Of a stretch of DNA of 64,000 nt, positions 1 through 14,994 are shown in pieces. Source of the DNA: the human T2T-CHM13v2.0 reference genome, Homo sapiens. The stretch lies in assembly GCF_009914755.1 (NCBI RefSeq), contig NC_060947.1; one strand, written 5' to 3'. A program made the translations under genes and the position numbers. The notes beneath the pieces were generated by a model. The model worked only from the letters and a program-made list of their open reading frames with translations. It searched no databases and had not been told where the DNA came from. Within the stretch, counting starts at the first letter, position 1, and each line of letters begins with the position of its first letter.

Positions 1-324
1 AGTGGAAAAGTAACTTCCATACCAATGTTGAGCAAAATTTAACAGATTTAGGACCGGGCTTTGGGTGGCCTGTTCCAGTCAGTGGCAATCCTTTAAGATC
101 ATATCCTTCTTACAATGTCTTTCTTGTCCTTTATTTCTGGTTTCCCTTCCGAGCTGCTTCAGAACTCACTTCACTGCCTAAAAATCTCTTTATAAATATT
201 TAATGTTTAATTAAAATTCTGCAGATAATTCTATCCTCAAATGGGAAAAATTTTTGGTGTAACAAGTAAAATGGAAAAAAAAAGAACAAAAACAAATTGC
301 ATTGAATTCAACAGAGGTTTGACA

Positions 325-437
325 TGGAGTGGCCCACTGTCTCAGTTGGCCCAGAACTGTGTTGGTTTTAAAACTGAAAGTCCCATGTCCCAGGGAACCC
401 CTCAGTCCTGGGAAAACCAAGATGTTTGATCACCCTA
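325..437. mobile_element. MER81-like hAT-Blackjack MITE
   Basis: About 113 bp with degenerate TAGGGTGACC-type termini (ends ...gatcacccta) and internal aaaactgaaagtccc...gggaacccctcagtcc matching the recalled MER81 consensus. Confidence 0.7.
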
Positions 438-742
438 ATTTGCAATATAATTTGACCATTAAACAATTAATTTTATAACAAAGCATGTGGAGAGTCTCAT
501 CAATATTATATAGATAACAAGTATTATAGAAATCATCAAGTTAGAATTAAAATGTTAATAACTTACATCGATGTAGCACTTTACCCTGTATTCTACTTTC
601 ATCCCCAAGAAACTTGAAAAATAATCCATTTGGCTTGTTTTGTAGAAGCAACTAAATGCCTAACATCACATAATAGGCCATTATCAGAGTTACTGGCTGT
701 GTAGCTCAGATGTTGCCATTATTCTTTCTTTACTTAGCTATC

Positions 743-1330
743 CAGTGGTTCCCAAACATTGGTGCATATTGGAATCATATAAAAATACTGATTCTTGGCT
801 CCTAACCCAAGACTTTTCAATTCAATTAAAATTGGTTATGACCTGGGTATCAGAATTCTTATTTTATTTTTAGAGACAGAGTTTTGCTCTGTAGCCTAGG
901 CTGGAGTGCAGTGATGCAGTCATAGCTCACTGCAGCTTCAATCTCCTGGGCTCAAGTGATCCTCCCACCTAAGCCTCCTGAGTAGCTGGGACTACAGGCA
1001 TATGCCACCACGCCCAGCTATTTTTCTTTGAAATTTTTTTTGTAGAGACAAAGTCTGACTGTGTTGTCCAGGATTGTCAGGGTATCAGAATTTTTAAAAG
1101 CTCCTCAGATGATTCTAATATGAGCTAAGTTTGGAAACCATTGCTCTAGCATAATGGTATATAACTAGCTGCACAATAGAAGCACCCAGCAAGATTTAAA
1201 ACCTAACCATACCCAGATTCTGCCCCTGATCAATTATATCAGAGGCAGTGAGGTTGGTGTCTAGGCATCCATATTTTTAAAAAGCTCCCTTGATAATTCT
1301 AATGTGTACTAAGGATTAAAAACCACTGCA
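743..1330. mobile_element. Two MER5-family (hAT-Charlie) MITE remnants, the first interrupted by an Alu
   Basis: cagtggttcccaaac start and the typical tttaaaagctcc...gattctaat...aaaccactg ends seen twice (about 1145 and 1328). Confidence 0.65.
858..1079 (-). mobile_element. 5'-truncated AluJ with 13-bp TSD
   Basis: AluJ-type right arm; gggtatcagaatt duplicated at 845-857 and 1080-1092. Confidence 0.9.
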
Positions 1331-1897
1331 CTTAGTTTGTGGATAATTTACATCTCTCAGAACAAAATATAGCCTTTTCTTTGTCCTGCTCACAGCATCC
1401 CCAGTTCCACAGAGTGAGTGGTTTTATGCCCAATTCCACAGCAGGGCTCAGATTCTCAGAAACTCATCTTTCAGTACCCTATTCAAATCTACCCGATAAC
1501 GATTGTTAACTCTCAGTGATCCCTGCCCTTGAGTATTCAACCTGGTCAAAAAGCTTCATAGTTCTCAAAATATGAATCGATAAATGTCATTTTGTCTAAG
1601 CGGAGTCAGGGCTTCCAGATTCAGTTTAGCCATTTTATGAAGAGATATAGTTAGATTGAACTCTTAATGGCTCATAAAGTTTGCTTCCCAAATGCTTTGA
1701 TTACTTACCTTGGAATAAATAAGCTGGAAGTATCACTAAAGGTAATACATATATAAAATCTTCACATGGACTTTGAAACTGTGTGTCTGTATGAATTACA
1801 AATTATCAAATTTTATACCCGTATTCAGTAATAAAGGACAAAATAATCGATAGAAAATAACTGTCTCAATTACAGGGGTTATTGCTCTCAGTTGCGC

Positions 1898-1960
1898 ACG
1901 TGTGTGTGTGTGTGTGTGTATGTGTGTGCATGCGTGTGTATGTGTGTGCATGTGTGTGTT
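1898..1960. repeat. (TG)n/(TGTA) microsatellite
   Basis: Direct inspection. Confidence 0.95.
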
Positions 1961-3129
1961 TCTGTCTGCCTGCCTGTAAGTCTTTGTCTCTGTTTGTGTC
2001 TGAGTATCCCTACCATGCAACTTCTAGGCAAGAATTCTCTGTAGCTTAGTTTTTAAAAGTCTCAATGTACACCCAAATGAAGGAAAATATGTTTAATTTA
2101 CTTACCATATTTCTTCTATTTTCTTTTCCACATTTAGATACCTATATTATTGTTAGCTCTATAATCAGTTATTGTTATTATTTTCTTTTCCTTGCGTATT
2201 CCTCCAGAGAAAGATTACATATATGGACAAATACATCCTTAACTTTTTACAAAAATATAGTAATAACTCTTCTGAATTCCTTTATTTTTTAATTTAACAA
2301 TGAATTGTGGAGATCATTCCATATGCATAAAGAGCCTTCTCTACTTTTTTATGCTATTTAATTGTACAAATGGACAGACATACCACTGTTTATTAGCCTT
2401 ACTGATGCACATTTAGGTTGTTTCCAATTTTTGGCTATTATAAGAAATGTAGCATAAATATTTCTCTCTCACTCTTCTACTTCTTGAGTCCAGACTAGAT
2501 ACTGAAACACTTATATCACAGCCTTCATTCACAGTTCATGCTGTTGCTGAGATTTCATACCTCAGAGTAGACTTCTCATGATTTTTTTTAGTTCTTTCTG
2601 AGATTTGCAGCTAAAATGTTTCTCACTTTTACTTATGCCTGAATTCCACTGCATTTGTTATACCTTCCATTTATTTCATAAATTAGGGTTTAACCGGCTC
2701 ATAGATCAAATAATGAAAAATGAAAATTCAATTTGCATCTTCATTTCTAATTCCCCTTGTTGCTCTTAGATGGTTATAAAAGATAAAAAGAAAGAATACT
2801 GCCATTACTCCACCACCTTCAAATCACAATTTCAATTTATTACAGTTTGCAATAATATACTAAAATCTTATTTGCTTGTTACATGGATTTTAGAAAATAA
2901 CTATTGATACTCTATTACATAAGAGGAGGTGATAACTATCCTTACAGAATCTCTACCTCTCCCACCCCCACTTCTACCTTTCATTAAGAATACTTAGTTA
3001 CAGAGCATATAAATATGAAAATTAATATATGCCTTGATATTCAAAAATAATTGAATATATGAGATAATATTGATGATGGAGGTAGAGGGTGGGAAAGGTA
3101 GGGTGTTTTCTTTTTTCTCTGAGTATGTG

Positions 3130-3260
3130 AGTGGAGGGAGGGAGGCACAAAGCAAGGAAGGAAAGATGGAAGGAAGAAAGGAAGTAAGGGAGGAAGTAGG
3201 GAAGTAAGGAAAGGAGGAAATAAGGAAAGGAGGGAGGGAGGGAGAAAAGAAAGAAGAAAC
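3130..3260. repeat. (GGAA)n-like purine-rich low-complexity tract
   Basis: Direct inspection. Confidence 0.85.
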
Positions 3261-4828
3261 TTTTATGTATCATTATAATAGATAATCTTGTTTCTGTGGC
3301 TGATTTCTGCCACAGACCTTCAGTGACACCCAAGGGAGCTGTGGAATTGAATACAAGTGCCTCTTGTAGAGAACTAAGCAGAGGCTGCCACTCCATCCTG
3401 TCATTGCTTTAGCAGTGCTCCGCCACCTCAATTCTGGCCTCTTTGGCTATCAGCTCTTGTTTTTCACAACCCTGGGAGGTAGTGGCAAGTTCATGTGGGC
3501 TACAGTTGTACCAAAATGATCCCTGCAAGAGTGATGCATCTAGCTCCAACTGCCATGTTTCTGATCAATTCTCACTTATGACTTTCCAACTGTAGGTCTT
3601 AAAAGATACACAAAAAGTCCTTTAATGATACCCAATTCTTTACTTTAATATTTGAGCATCTATCATGCACAAGGAACGTAATTAGATGTTCAAAAAGATA
3701 AAAATAACACAAGAGCAGGCACATGTCCTGCCTTCAAGAAGGCTACAGTTTCATATTATTTAACCGGCCTACATGAGTCTAGTCAAAGGTTTTAAAAACA
3801 ACTACGATTGGAATTTTACTGTAAGTGCCTAATTAGGCAAATTGGTACATGAAGATACTTGCCATTTGTTCCCTACAAAAAAATCTTCATTTCATTGAGC
3901 CTATAATTATTATTACAGTAAGAACATAGAAAATAACCAATAAATCACTTCTTTATACCCACATTCTGGGCTGCATTTCAATATAACATTGCTTACAAAT
4001 TATCCACTAGAAATGTCAACAATATCATTTAAACTTGATGAGTAGTACATATCATTCAGTATGCAACTTGAAAATTCATGCAAATCTCTGCACATCTATC
4101 CAATAGAACAGGGAACATATCTAGCATACTAAGTTTGCATTGGTTTACACTTTTTTTGTTTTTTAGAAATAGTGAAATCTCACAATCACTGAATTGTATT
4201 TTTTGCAAAAATGTGATTATTTTCTTGATGAGGTTTGCAAACACAACATACTAGATCTTTCAGAATAGCAAAAGACTGTGGCAGACTACAATTTTATCTC
4301 ATATTTTTATTTCATTCATTCATAATTTATCCATTCATAGTTTCATCAACCAATAGTCAAGAATAATAACTCTCATTTTTGGTACTTCCTGAATACTAAA
4401 CATCCTGCAGAATACTTGTTTTCATTATGTAATTTTGAAATTTCAATAATGATATGATGCTAATTTCACTATCATTCTCATCTTACAACTGAGAAAGATG
4501 AGATTCAGAGAGAATAAAGTAACATATCCTCGGCCTACAGCTATTGAGATTCTGTAATAGGCTTTTTTTCATATAACTATACCTACCATGTTTTTATGAT
4601 TTTGTTAGTTAATTGGAATTCCTAATAAAAACATAAGTCAACCCTAGTTCTTGGATTTCTGGGTTGTTATTTTAAATTTATGTTTTTCAGTTTAAGATTA
4701 GAGAAAAGGATTTTAAAAGTACATATACACATGTGTATTTACATAGCAATATTTATTCCTTTCAAGAAACAGAAGTTAATTTTAAGCAGAGTTTGCTTTC
4801 ATTCTTGATAAAAGTAAATAAAGCATTA

Positions 4829-5183
<355 letters not shown>

Positions 5184-5649
5184 TTATTTTAAATAGAAAA
5201 CTGGCAGAATTCAGGAGAGGGTATGAAACCCAGGTTGAAATGTGTAATAAGCACTTTAGTAAAAGTAATAAGTAATAAACATACTCTGGATAACTTCTGA
5301 AGACTTAAAATCTTCAATTGTCCAGTCAAGGAAAATTATACAAAAGAAGATTAAAATTTGATCCAATGAATAAGTTACCTATATGTTGGATACTAACTTC
5401 TCTGCAAGTTACATAAAAGTCAATGGATCAGGTAATGGAATTCTATACAAGAATTCAATACTCCGTCAAATTAGTGTCATAATGAATGCAATAGCTTGGC
5501 ATTTTCCGATATACAGTAACTCAGGAGGTATATAATGGGAAATACATTTTTAAAGATCAAAATAAATCAATGTTAATTTATTTTCTAACATCAAAGTGAC
5601 TTAAACATAACTTTATATTAAAGTTGGAGTTACAAAAATACTTAAGTAC

Positions 5650-8600
5650 CTGAAATAAAAAAAACAAAATTCTTGGAAAAGATAATAGAATATTTTTAAA
5701 TTGTAATGAAACCAATAGAACACAAATTCTAGATTCTACCATTAAAATACAGGAGGTAGAATAAAAAGATGTGAGAATAAAAAAATATTGTCTTCAATAA
5801 TCTTAAAGTTAGGATAATACACTTAATAATGAAAAATGTAAGCTCAATAATTTTTTTCAAGACTAAAAGAAAACACCTTAAGAGTTGCATTAGAAAACTA
5901 AAATGAGGTTCAATGAAAGTTTTATTTCTAAATAACATAGCATTATTATATAGAAAGCAAAAACTCTTGGAAAGGGAAAAAGATAAGAAAAAAACAACCG
6001 CAATAATATTGGCAGGTAGTAACTTAATAAAACAAAGCTAAAACATTCTAAAATAATTTATAATTTGTAATGCATTTGAGAAATATGTTTTACTTTCATA
6101 GTTTCAATACCATCTATTACATGGTGACATGATTTAGTATGCCTTCTTTTAAAGCATTTGATGGTAAAACATTTTTAAAATCACCTATATTTTATGCTAC
6201 AAGATAAAACTGAAGAAATATAAAACAAGTCTCCGAATTAGAAATTATACTGGCCATGTTTTCTGACTGCAATGCAATAATAAACTAGAAATGCATAACA
6301 AATATATAAAGAAAGAAAATTCTGCAGAGTTTAAAAATGTATAAATTCACTAGCCTTAAACATGGATACAAAATTACATTTATAATATGTGGAATATACA
6401 ATATATTTAGAAAATAAAGTATTCCATATATATAAAATTTGAAATGAGAACATAAAGACACACACTTTTGAATTGTTTTATTGCTAAATCAGGGGAAAAA
6501 TCAAAGTAAGAGAAATAAATATTAAACTCAAGAGACTGATAAATCAGTATAAAAAGTATGAGGAAGGTACTTATTAATATGGAAATCATTAATTAGAATG
6601 AGAAAAATAGTGGCAATGACATACTTGTGCAAAAGTTATTTCTTGGAATAAAATGACTATCCAAAATAAATAAATAAAAATAAAATAAATAGGTAAACAT
6701 TTGACAAATCAAGTGGGAAAAAAAGTAGAGAAAATACAAATACATGACATTTTAAATAAAAGATACATGTAGGATTGTGGAGCTGCATGGCAAAGACAGA
6801 AAATTTAAGCAGACTCACAAAATCTCCTTCCCTTGTGTCTAAAATAATTGGAGAAAGAAAAGCAAGGAAGAGTCACTTGCGACAGCCAGATAGTAAGGAA
6901 GTCACAAACCTCAAAAAATGTCAACTGAAGAAAGAAACAGCAAATTCTACTATGGAGTATCAAGGCATAGCTGAGCTAGTTAGCTGCGTGTATAGCACTT
7001 AAAAGCAATGACTGTGAGTCAGGAAACTTCAAGATTTTTATTAATACTTCCTAATTGGTAGGAAACAAAAGTCAAATTTGCCTTATTACCTTTTTTTCAT
7101 TGTCTGGTGTGAGAAAAGAAAATAAGCCCAATAGATTTCTACCCAGAAAGAGCCAACAGGCAAGTTCCGTGATGCCTGAAGGAATATTGGGAATAAAGGA
7201 AAGAATAGACCACCATAAAACTCATGTACATACATAATAGATACATACACATATATGTGAAAAATGAAATTCAGCCAAATAAGAGATTAAACAAAGAATT
7301 CTCTGATGAAGAAACAATAGTAAATAGTAGGGTATCAATTTAAACATGAAACAAACATTATGTAGCTATAGAAGTTATAGCCTATAATGTCTAAAAGCAT
7401 GACAGTATAGAATAAATGGTACTTTTTTTTTTTTGAGACCGATTCTCAGGCTGGAGGGCAGTCGCGCAATCTTGGCTCACTGCAACCGCCGCCTCCTGGG
7501 TTCAAGCGATATTCCTGCCTCAGCCTCCCGAGTAACTGGGACTACGGACGCGTGCCACCACGCCCAGCTAATTCTTGTATTTTTAGTAGAGACAGGGTTT
7601 CATCATGTTGGCCAGGATGGTCTTGATCTCCTGACCTCGTGATCCGCCCGCCTCAGCCTCCCAAAGTGCTGGGATTACAGGCGTCAGCCACAGCGCCCGG
7701 CCAATGGTACGATTTTTTAAAAGTGAGCAGGAAAGGAAGTTGAAGAGTATTAATATCTTCACGTTCCACAGGGTATAATTAATACTATCAGAAATTAAAT
7801 GATTATGAAATTATTGTGGGAATTGTATCTCCTAAATTTGAATTTCTTTTATTTTGTTTTAGTTTATTAATTCTGTAGAGATATTACTATAACTAACCCT
7901 GTTATTAAAATATTGTGTGGTACTATTTGTCTTCTTTCTTTTCTGTTTCCCTTTCTCTCTCTCACTCCAGTTCACCAAACTATTCACCTGTTCATCCACC
8001 ATTTATGCATTTACCTGTCATATTCTGCTTGTGTGCGTGTGTGGTGTGTGTGTGCATGAGTGTATGTCTAGAATAATGTAAGGATAATAGTAATAGTGGT
8101 TGTTTTGGTGTTAAAATTTGAACTTCTTTCTTTTTAAATATCATTTTGTATCTTTTTCTTTTTTGCTTCCACTTATAATAGGCATGCATTCTTTTGTAAA
8201 ATGCCAAAACTGTGATATTGCTTTTAAAAACATGGATAATTATATATATAAATATACATTTTATATAAACTAAATTTTGCTTAAGAAGATGTGAAAAATT
8301 CGAAAACCCTAAGAACCAGGGATAAATACGATCCTTTTAGAGAGGATTTGAAGATGCATGTTTCATAAGCAAAGCTTTAATAATCTATATATATATAAAC
8401 TCTTTTTGGAAATTAAAAAGTAGTTGAACCCCTCCCACTTTGTTATACAAACCATATAGAATCTTTACAACAAATCCTATAAAAGATGATTCAGAATAGA
8501 AAAGTGGGAAACAATATCAATTAGAAATATTGATGTAAAAACTCTCAAAGTACTGATACATGATAAGCAGTAGTATATGTTAAAAGTCATTATCATCAAG

Positions 8601-9600
8601 TATGGATCATTTCATAAATTACAGGTAATTTTCAGCATCTTTTGTGAGAATCATATTTCTCTTCCCACATAAAGACGTAATAAATTGTACAGCTATGATT
8701 AAATATCTTAATTAATGAAAATATTTGATTATATAATTTATGTAATTCAAATCTTATAACTCTACTAAAGAAATTTATTACACCATTACATTAGAAAAGA
8801 AAATGTTCTTCTCTCAAAAGATGCTGAAAAAGTATTTATTAAAATCCAGCATACATATCTCAAACTTACTTTTTTCTTATTAGGTTAAAAATTCGCCATT
8901 GCTATGCTAATGTGCAAATTTTAATTAGTATGAATAGGTTATAGTAATTCTCATTATATAAAAAGAAAAAAGTGATTTTCACTCTTATTAATTAACTCTT
9001 TGTTTCTCAGAAGTTAAAGTAAATCCAATTATATTTAACACAGAGAACAATTTTGTTCCTTGGGAATGTGGGTGTCTGAATATTTTCATATGATGGGATA
9101 ACGTCACAGGAGAATCACCTAATATTGAATGATCAGGTCATTCAATAATGTGTATCTTGATGAAATAAATATACAACATTAACGTTTTTACTATATATCA
9201 GCAATATGGGTGATATAAACACTGTCATGATTTCACCAATAGTTATTGAATTATAAAATATGAATACACACACATTGCCACAATTGTATAATATAACTAT
9301 GAAGAAAATAAGGACACTCTTTGAACATAATTTTTTAAAATAAATTGTGTCAAGAAAGGAAAGGTAGGAAAAATTAACATTTTAATGCCGATTTTTATAA
9401 TAATCTCTACTATTAGTATAATTCAAAAAATAGTTCCCAAAGAATTTTTTAAACTTTATAAATTTTATGCAAAATTATCAATTAATGAATTAAAATAAAA
9501 TTGTTAAAATAATATAATAAGAGGTGACTAGCACTGTACATATGCTAAAATATTCTATAAAGATATAGCATCTAAATCAAGTATTAGAGACGTCAGTACA
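5650..9600 (+). mobile_element. Highly degraded ancient L1 (L1M-type) ORF2 fragments
   Basis: A-rich strand with remnants of L1 ORF2 motifs: IFSDHNAIKLEI-like near 6250, NIDAKILNK-like near 8530, [11 protein letters not shown]-like near 8820; boundaries approximate. Confidence 0.55.
7423..7702 (-). mobile_element. AluS (Sc-like)
   Basis: Complete Alu in reverse; TSD aatggtac on both sides. Confidence 0.95.
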
Positions 9601-9774
9601 CACAGATAAGTAAAGAGAAGAATAGTGAAATAGTGAAACTTTTATTAAAAAATGGATATATTTTGAATGGGAATCATACTAGATTGCCCATCTACTTACT
9701 CTGTATCTACACTCTCAACTTTCCTTCCTGTTGGAATAGATAAATTACAAATATTCCTGCATAAAGGCAGGAAT

Positions 9775-10110
9775 TGCCTTCAGCCATAAAATGAAATGAA
9801 GTACTGACATATGCCGCAACACGAATGAGCCTTGAAAACATTATGCTAAGTGACACAAACCACTCACAAAAGACCACATGTTATATAATTCAATTTTTAA
9901 AAAGTATCCAGAATAGTAACATCTATAGAGGGTTGTGACCGCTAGAGTAGAGGGGTTCACCTTTTGGGGTGATGAAAATATTTATAAAATTGACTGTGGC
10001 GACTGCTGTACATACCTGTGAATATACTGGAAAACATTGACTTAAACATTTTAAATGGGTGAATTGTGTGCTATGTGGATTAATTATCAATAAAGCTGTT
10101 GTAAAAAAAA
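9775..10110 (+). mobile_element. L1MB-type 3' end
   Basis: cagccataaaa...aatgaagtactga...cttgaaaacattatgctaagtga...aataaagctgtt followed by an A-tail. Confidence 0.75.
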
Positions 10111-10984
10111 CTGTGATGCAAAATGATGGTGATAAAGATTAGAATTGCCTCTGGGAGTGGGGGTGGGCTTGTACTGACTGCAAATGGTCAAGAAATATCT
10201 TTCTATGGTGGTTTATACAGATGTTTACATTTGTTAAATCTCATATACAAAAAGTCTACTTGAACAAAGGCAAATGATACGAATTACAAAATCACTAAAA
10301 ATAAGTAGGAATATCATGTATTTGAAAAAATATGTATCTCACTATTATTCAAATATAAACCAATTTAAATGTCACATTCTGCCAATCAAATTGAATATAA
10401 TATATACATTCATTATTTCTGGGAACAAAGGCTTATAAAATCTACTATTTCTGTAATGTAACTATTTGAAAGATTCCTTAAAATATATAACAAAAACCTT
10501 AAACATGTACTTTTATTTTAACTCAGAAATTCCACATTCAATTGTTTATCCTAAGGCATTATTAGCTAAAACGTGAAAAGATCCAAGTAGAGTATTGTTT
10601 TGTTGCATATTTCTAAAAGTAATGGAAGTGGATACCACCAATCAACCTAAGAATTGATTAATAAATTAGGAAAATATGATGGCTACATTATTTTTATGTT
10701 CTAAAATAATATTTGGTATCATTGACCTACATTCACAATAAAATCTTAAGCAAAAACGTTTATACTGCAAATTACTATATAATGAACTCATTATGTTTAA
10801 ATATATGTAGATACTAATGAGAATTCATAAAGACTGAAATATATATACTAAAATGTTTATTGTCTTTTGGCTTCTTTGCTGTTTTATAATGAATATGTAA
10901 AATATGAATTGCAAAATATATGAAGTAGGGTGTGCACAATAGCATCAAATTCAACAGACAGTTTCATAATCATAAATATTTTTT

Positions 10985-11450
10985 AAATGTCACAGGATTT
11001 AGAAATGAGGATGTTGTGAGTGACAGTTTCAGAGTAACAATAAGGGGCAGAAGTCATATTCTGATGAGCTACAGAATTAAATTGAGAATAAGTTGAACTG
11101 GAAAAGGTAGACAAGTCTTTCAGGAAGTCTGAGAAGAGAAAGGAAGACATTATATGGCAGCAAGATGGGATCAAAGTTCAAGAAATGTATTTGTCTAGGT
11201 TGGTAGAAATCTCAGCATGTTTGGTGAGTACAATGATGAACAAGTAAAGAGAGTGAAAAGACCAGAGAATGGTGACCATTGACAAAATAAGATTTCAAAG
11301 GAGGGTGTCAAAGCTGCAGATGAAATGAGTGACCTTGATCAGAGTAAGAGATACCTCATCCTCTGACATTTGATAAAATATAGTAAAGAAAAGGTGGATG
11401 CAGGTAAATTTTCATGTTTGGGATCAAAATGTTAAGTGTAACCAGTTTTC
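10985..11450. mobile_element. Probable L2 remnant
   Basis: Purine-rich degenerate sequence resembling L2 (ggatttagaaatgagg...gtgac...ggggcagaagtcatatt). Confidence 0.4.
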
Positions 11451-13350
11451 TCAATGGGATAAGTGTAAACTAGGTTATCTCCTGAGAATTAGATGCTCAA
11501 CAGGTGGCTACAAGAGACCAAGAGATGGGTGATAATCATTGAGAAGACAGGTGATGGGATCAGGAGCTGAATGCAGACAAACACACAGATTCCTGGGAAA
11601 TTCTGAGGGCAAAGATGAAGTTGGAAGCTCAGAATTTGTCATGGTCCTAATCAACATATATATGTGATTTTTATTAAAGCCACTTAGCCACTCGCATGAA
11701 GTAAAGGAAAAGGCAAATTGTGTTTGGTCCAGAGTATGAAAGGACGCAGGGACAATAACGAGTTATTGTATATCTATTCAGGTGGGAAAGAGTTCTGAGT
11801 GAGCACTGTTGTGGCCCTCAGTAGATTATGACAATGGTGGCAGGTCCCCAGTCCTAAAACTAAGATATTAGATGTATTGTCTCCACAGGCACTTAACTTA
11901 AAATCTTGCCAGAAAGTTATTTTGGAGAGGGAATCTACCAGACAGATCTCAGGTCATCTGGCAAGTAAATAATGAAGCAATGAGAAAATCAGTCTATAGG
12001 GAATTTGAACTTGTATGCAAGGGTTCAAAAAATGTTTCATAAACTGCTTGGAAGTCCACACTTCCACTGTTCTCAGAAGATTTGGATAAATGAATGATGG
12101 CATAGGAAAATACAATTAGGGAATACATTCTTTTATCATGCTAAAACATTTAAAATGAGTAAATAAGTGTACCTGCAGACACACAGACACACACACAAAT
12201 ACAAATGTACAAACACACATCATAGTATAAATTGTTTTTACTAAGTATTATGAATATACTTTAGTATAAAATAGTTTAAGCTTAATTAGATATATTGATT
12301 TTAAATGTAGATGTCTTACCACTACTGAATCATGTATTTTATATATTTTAAGTTATTTTTCACACCAAATAATTTGAATTTTGAATTATCAGCCTATATA
12401 TTTCATTTGTGATGAAAAATATTTTTGTCACTACTATATAATAATTGCTCAAATGTATTTTTGTTAATATCTGTATTATTCATTTTCTATTTCTCAAGAT
12501 AAAATACCCTCTACTTTGATTATGTGTGATAATGCTGTTCAACTTTATATTTTAAGGTCAATGCCAAACTATTTTTGGTAACTATTTCCTTTTTAAATGT
12601 TATTTGATTAAGTCAATACTCTGGAATAATTTGGTCATCTGAAAAAATTATACTGAAACTAATACCAATTTTTCTGTTTCCTAAGAGCAGAAAAATGTTT
12701 CATCTATTCATAATTTATATGAGAAAGTTTAATCCATAATCTGCATTTCCCTACCACAAACAAAAATAATTTCAAAAGATTATAAAGTATGCATTTTGGT
12801 GAATGACACCGCAGTGTATTTATGTATTGCATTTGCTGTAGTAAATTTTCTTTGGCTTTTTAATTATGCACAGAAATGAGCCTCACTGTTTAAGGATGCA
12901 ACACACTGGAAATAGTTTTAGGGAACAAATAATTAGCCTTTTGGACGTGTGTGTTCATTTCACACAGCAATCTGTTCCTTCATCTCCTCCTCCTTCCTGT
13001 TTTGAAGGCAATCGTGTGTGTTACGTGCACCATCTGCAGCCTCACTGACAGGTGCAGGGTCAGTATTATCCTTCCAAGCATGGAGTTTAGCACAAGCTGG
13101 AAATTTCACTAGGCAATTGCAGAGATTTTGAAATCAACCAAAACCCGACAATCCATTTTACCAGTAGATATGAGCATTTGTTGGAAATGCTTGTTACACT
13201 TTCAAGACCACATACACAGAGATTTACCTGGTTTGGAACATTATCCAACAACAGGACTATATTGTATAGTGCATCATTTTACTACATGTAGATTAAAAAT
13301 AGTATAAAAGAAACTCAGCAGAGTGTCATAGATTTAGTAACCAATTATTA

Positions 13351-13384
13351 TTTTTTTAAATTTTATTATTATTATACTTTAAGT
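13351..13384 (-). mobile_element. Ultra-short L1PA insertion (3'-terminal nucleotides plus A-tail) with 18-bp TSD
   Basis: Reverse complement reads acttaaagtataataataataaaatttaaaaaaa, the L1PA 3' terminus; tttagtaaccaattatta at 13333-13350 and 13385-13402. Confidence 0.85.
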
Positions 13385-14994
13385 TTTAGTAACCAATTAT
13401 TAATTTAGATTTATTTAAACAGCATTTTGGAATTTCTCTATTAACTTACTCCTAACTCCACTGGTATCCTGTATCTGACACCTTAGGACAGGAACAGTCC
13501 CTGTGAGCCTAGTTAGAGGTGTCAATCGATGGGGCAATGTATTCATGAGTCTTAAATGGGAAACCTGCCATTTTCCTTTGGTGTCATGTCACACAGACAT
13601 TAGCTTCAATACCTCAGCTATATCATAAATGAAATTAACATTTGTAATCTAGTCCAGATGACTAAATGTCATTTTTAACATCAATTCAGTTAATCCTAGT
13701 AAGATATAGAGATGTCATATATTTTCCTGACCTACAGGCTAAGCTCCACTCTAGTGTCTAGAATTCATTCTGAACTGCCAGAGTGGCATTGATTTCCTAA
13801 ATTTATCCTAATTCAGAATTTATTTTCCTTCAACTTTGAAAAACCATAAGCATGTAGTAATCATACTAAAATAGATCCATCTTATAGGGGATGTCTCACA
13901 TTAACAATTTTTTCAGATAAGATGTTGAAACAGAAAGACAGTTATTTTAAAATTAAAAACACTGTCCATAACAAAACCTAAAATAACTTGATGCCCAACA
14001 ATTGGGAGCAGATCTGATAAATTATGTGAGAGCCATATTATGCTAGTCATTAATTTTTTAATAATCTCTGACATTATGAGGACATAGAAAATGTCTGGAA
14101 ATATACACAAAAAAATTAACAGTGATTACCACTAGCAGGATGATCAGGGATAAAGCAGAACTGTCATGGCATAACTGTATTCCCATGACCAGCAATGTGT
14201 TTCTATATAGACAAAGTTATGCTTAACACCATCTATTTTCAAAAGGTTGCTCAGTCTGCAGAGATGAAAGAAAAAAATGATTTCAAAATAAATTTCCCAT
14301 GCTTAATTTCATTATATTAAACAATGATAAAATAAAATTAGGAGGAAAAGCTTTACCTTGGGATTCTACCACTCAGTATGTGCTGGTAAAGACTTCTTCC
14401 TTGTATAGTGCTTTCATGAGTTCTATCAATATTTCTGGTGTTATTTCAGCTTTCTTGTGCATTTATTGTAAAATTCCTTTTCATCAACACATTCTTTGTT
14501 TGGATGCATAATGAATTTTAATAATCAGAGGCCATTTACCTGCAACACTGCAATAAATTTCTGTTCAATTTGGGATATTTATTCAATTTTAAGTACTACA
14601 TATTTTCTATCATTATTACAGTGATATTCTATTACTGTAATTATTAATATACATTAATGTACTTTTCTTCACTTTTTTATCAAGGGGATTTTAGACTTAT
14701 CTTGAATACCAATCCTCTCTTAAATGACGTTAAAGCCACTTTGCTTTCCAAGTGTTTTCAAGCTAATTAGTATTTGTTACCCTAGTCCCTCTACTAATTT
14801 AAGTTCACTTTTCCATATAGTACAGTGTGACTTTATTAACCTTTATAATTTCATATGAAGTCAGAGTTTGTCAAATAACCTAGGGTAAACTTGAGCTCAG
14901 TGGTGTGTGCTAGCTGGTAGTCCATTAATTCTCTATAATGAATAAATCATATATACATATACACACACATATATACACATATATAAACATTAAA

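Noticed and set aside
3022-3270. Hydrophobic, transmembrane-like C-terminal half of the 124-aa ORF
   Set aside because: Translation of the (TTCC)n low-complexity tract
14357-14539. 183-nt minus-strand exon candidate (cag|...caag|gtaaag)
   Set aside because: Best frame has 4 stops in 60 codons, about the random expectation, and the putative acceptor reads equally well as a donor
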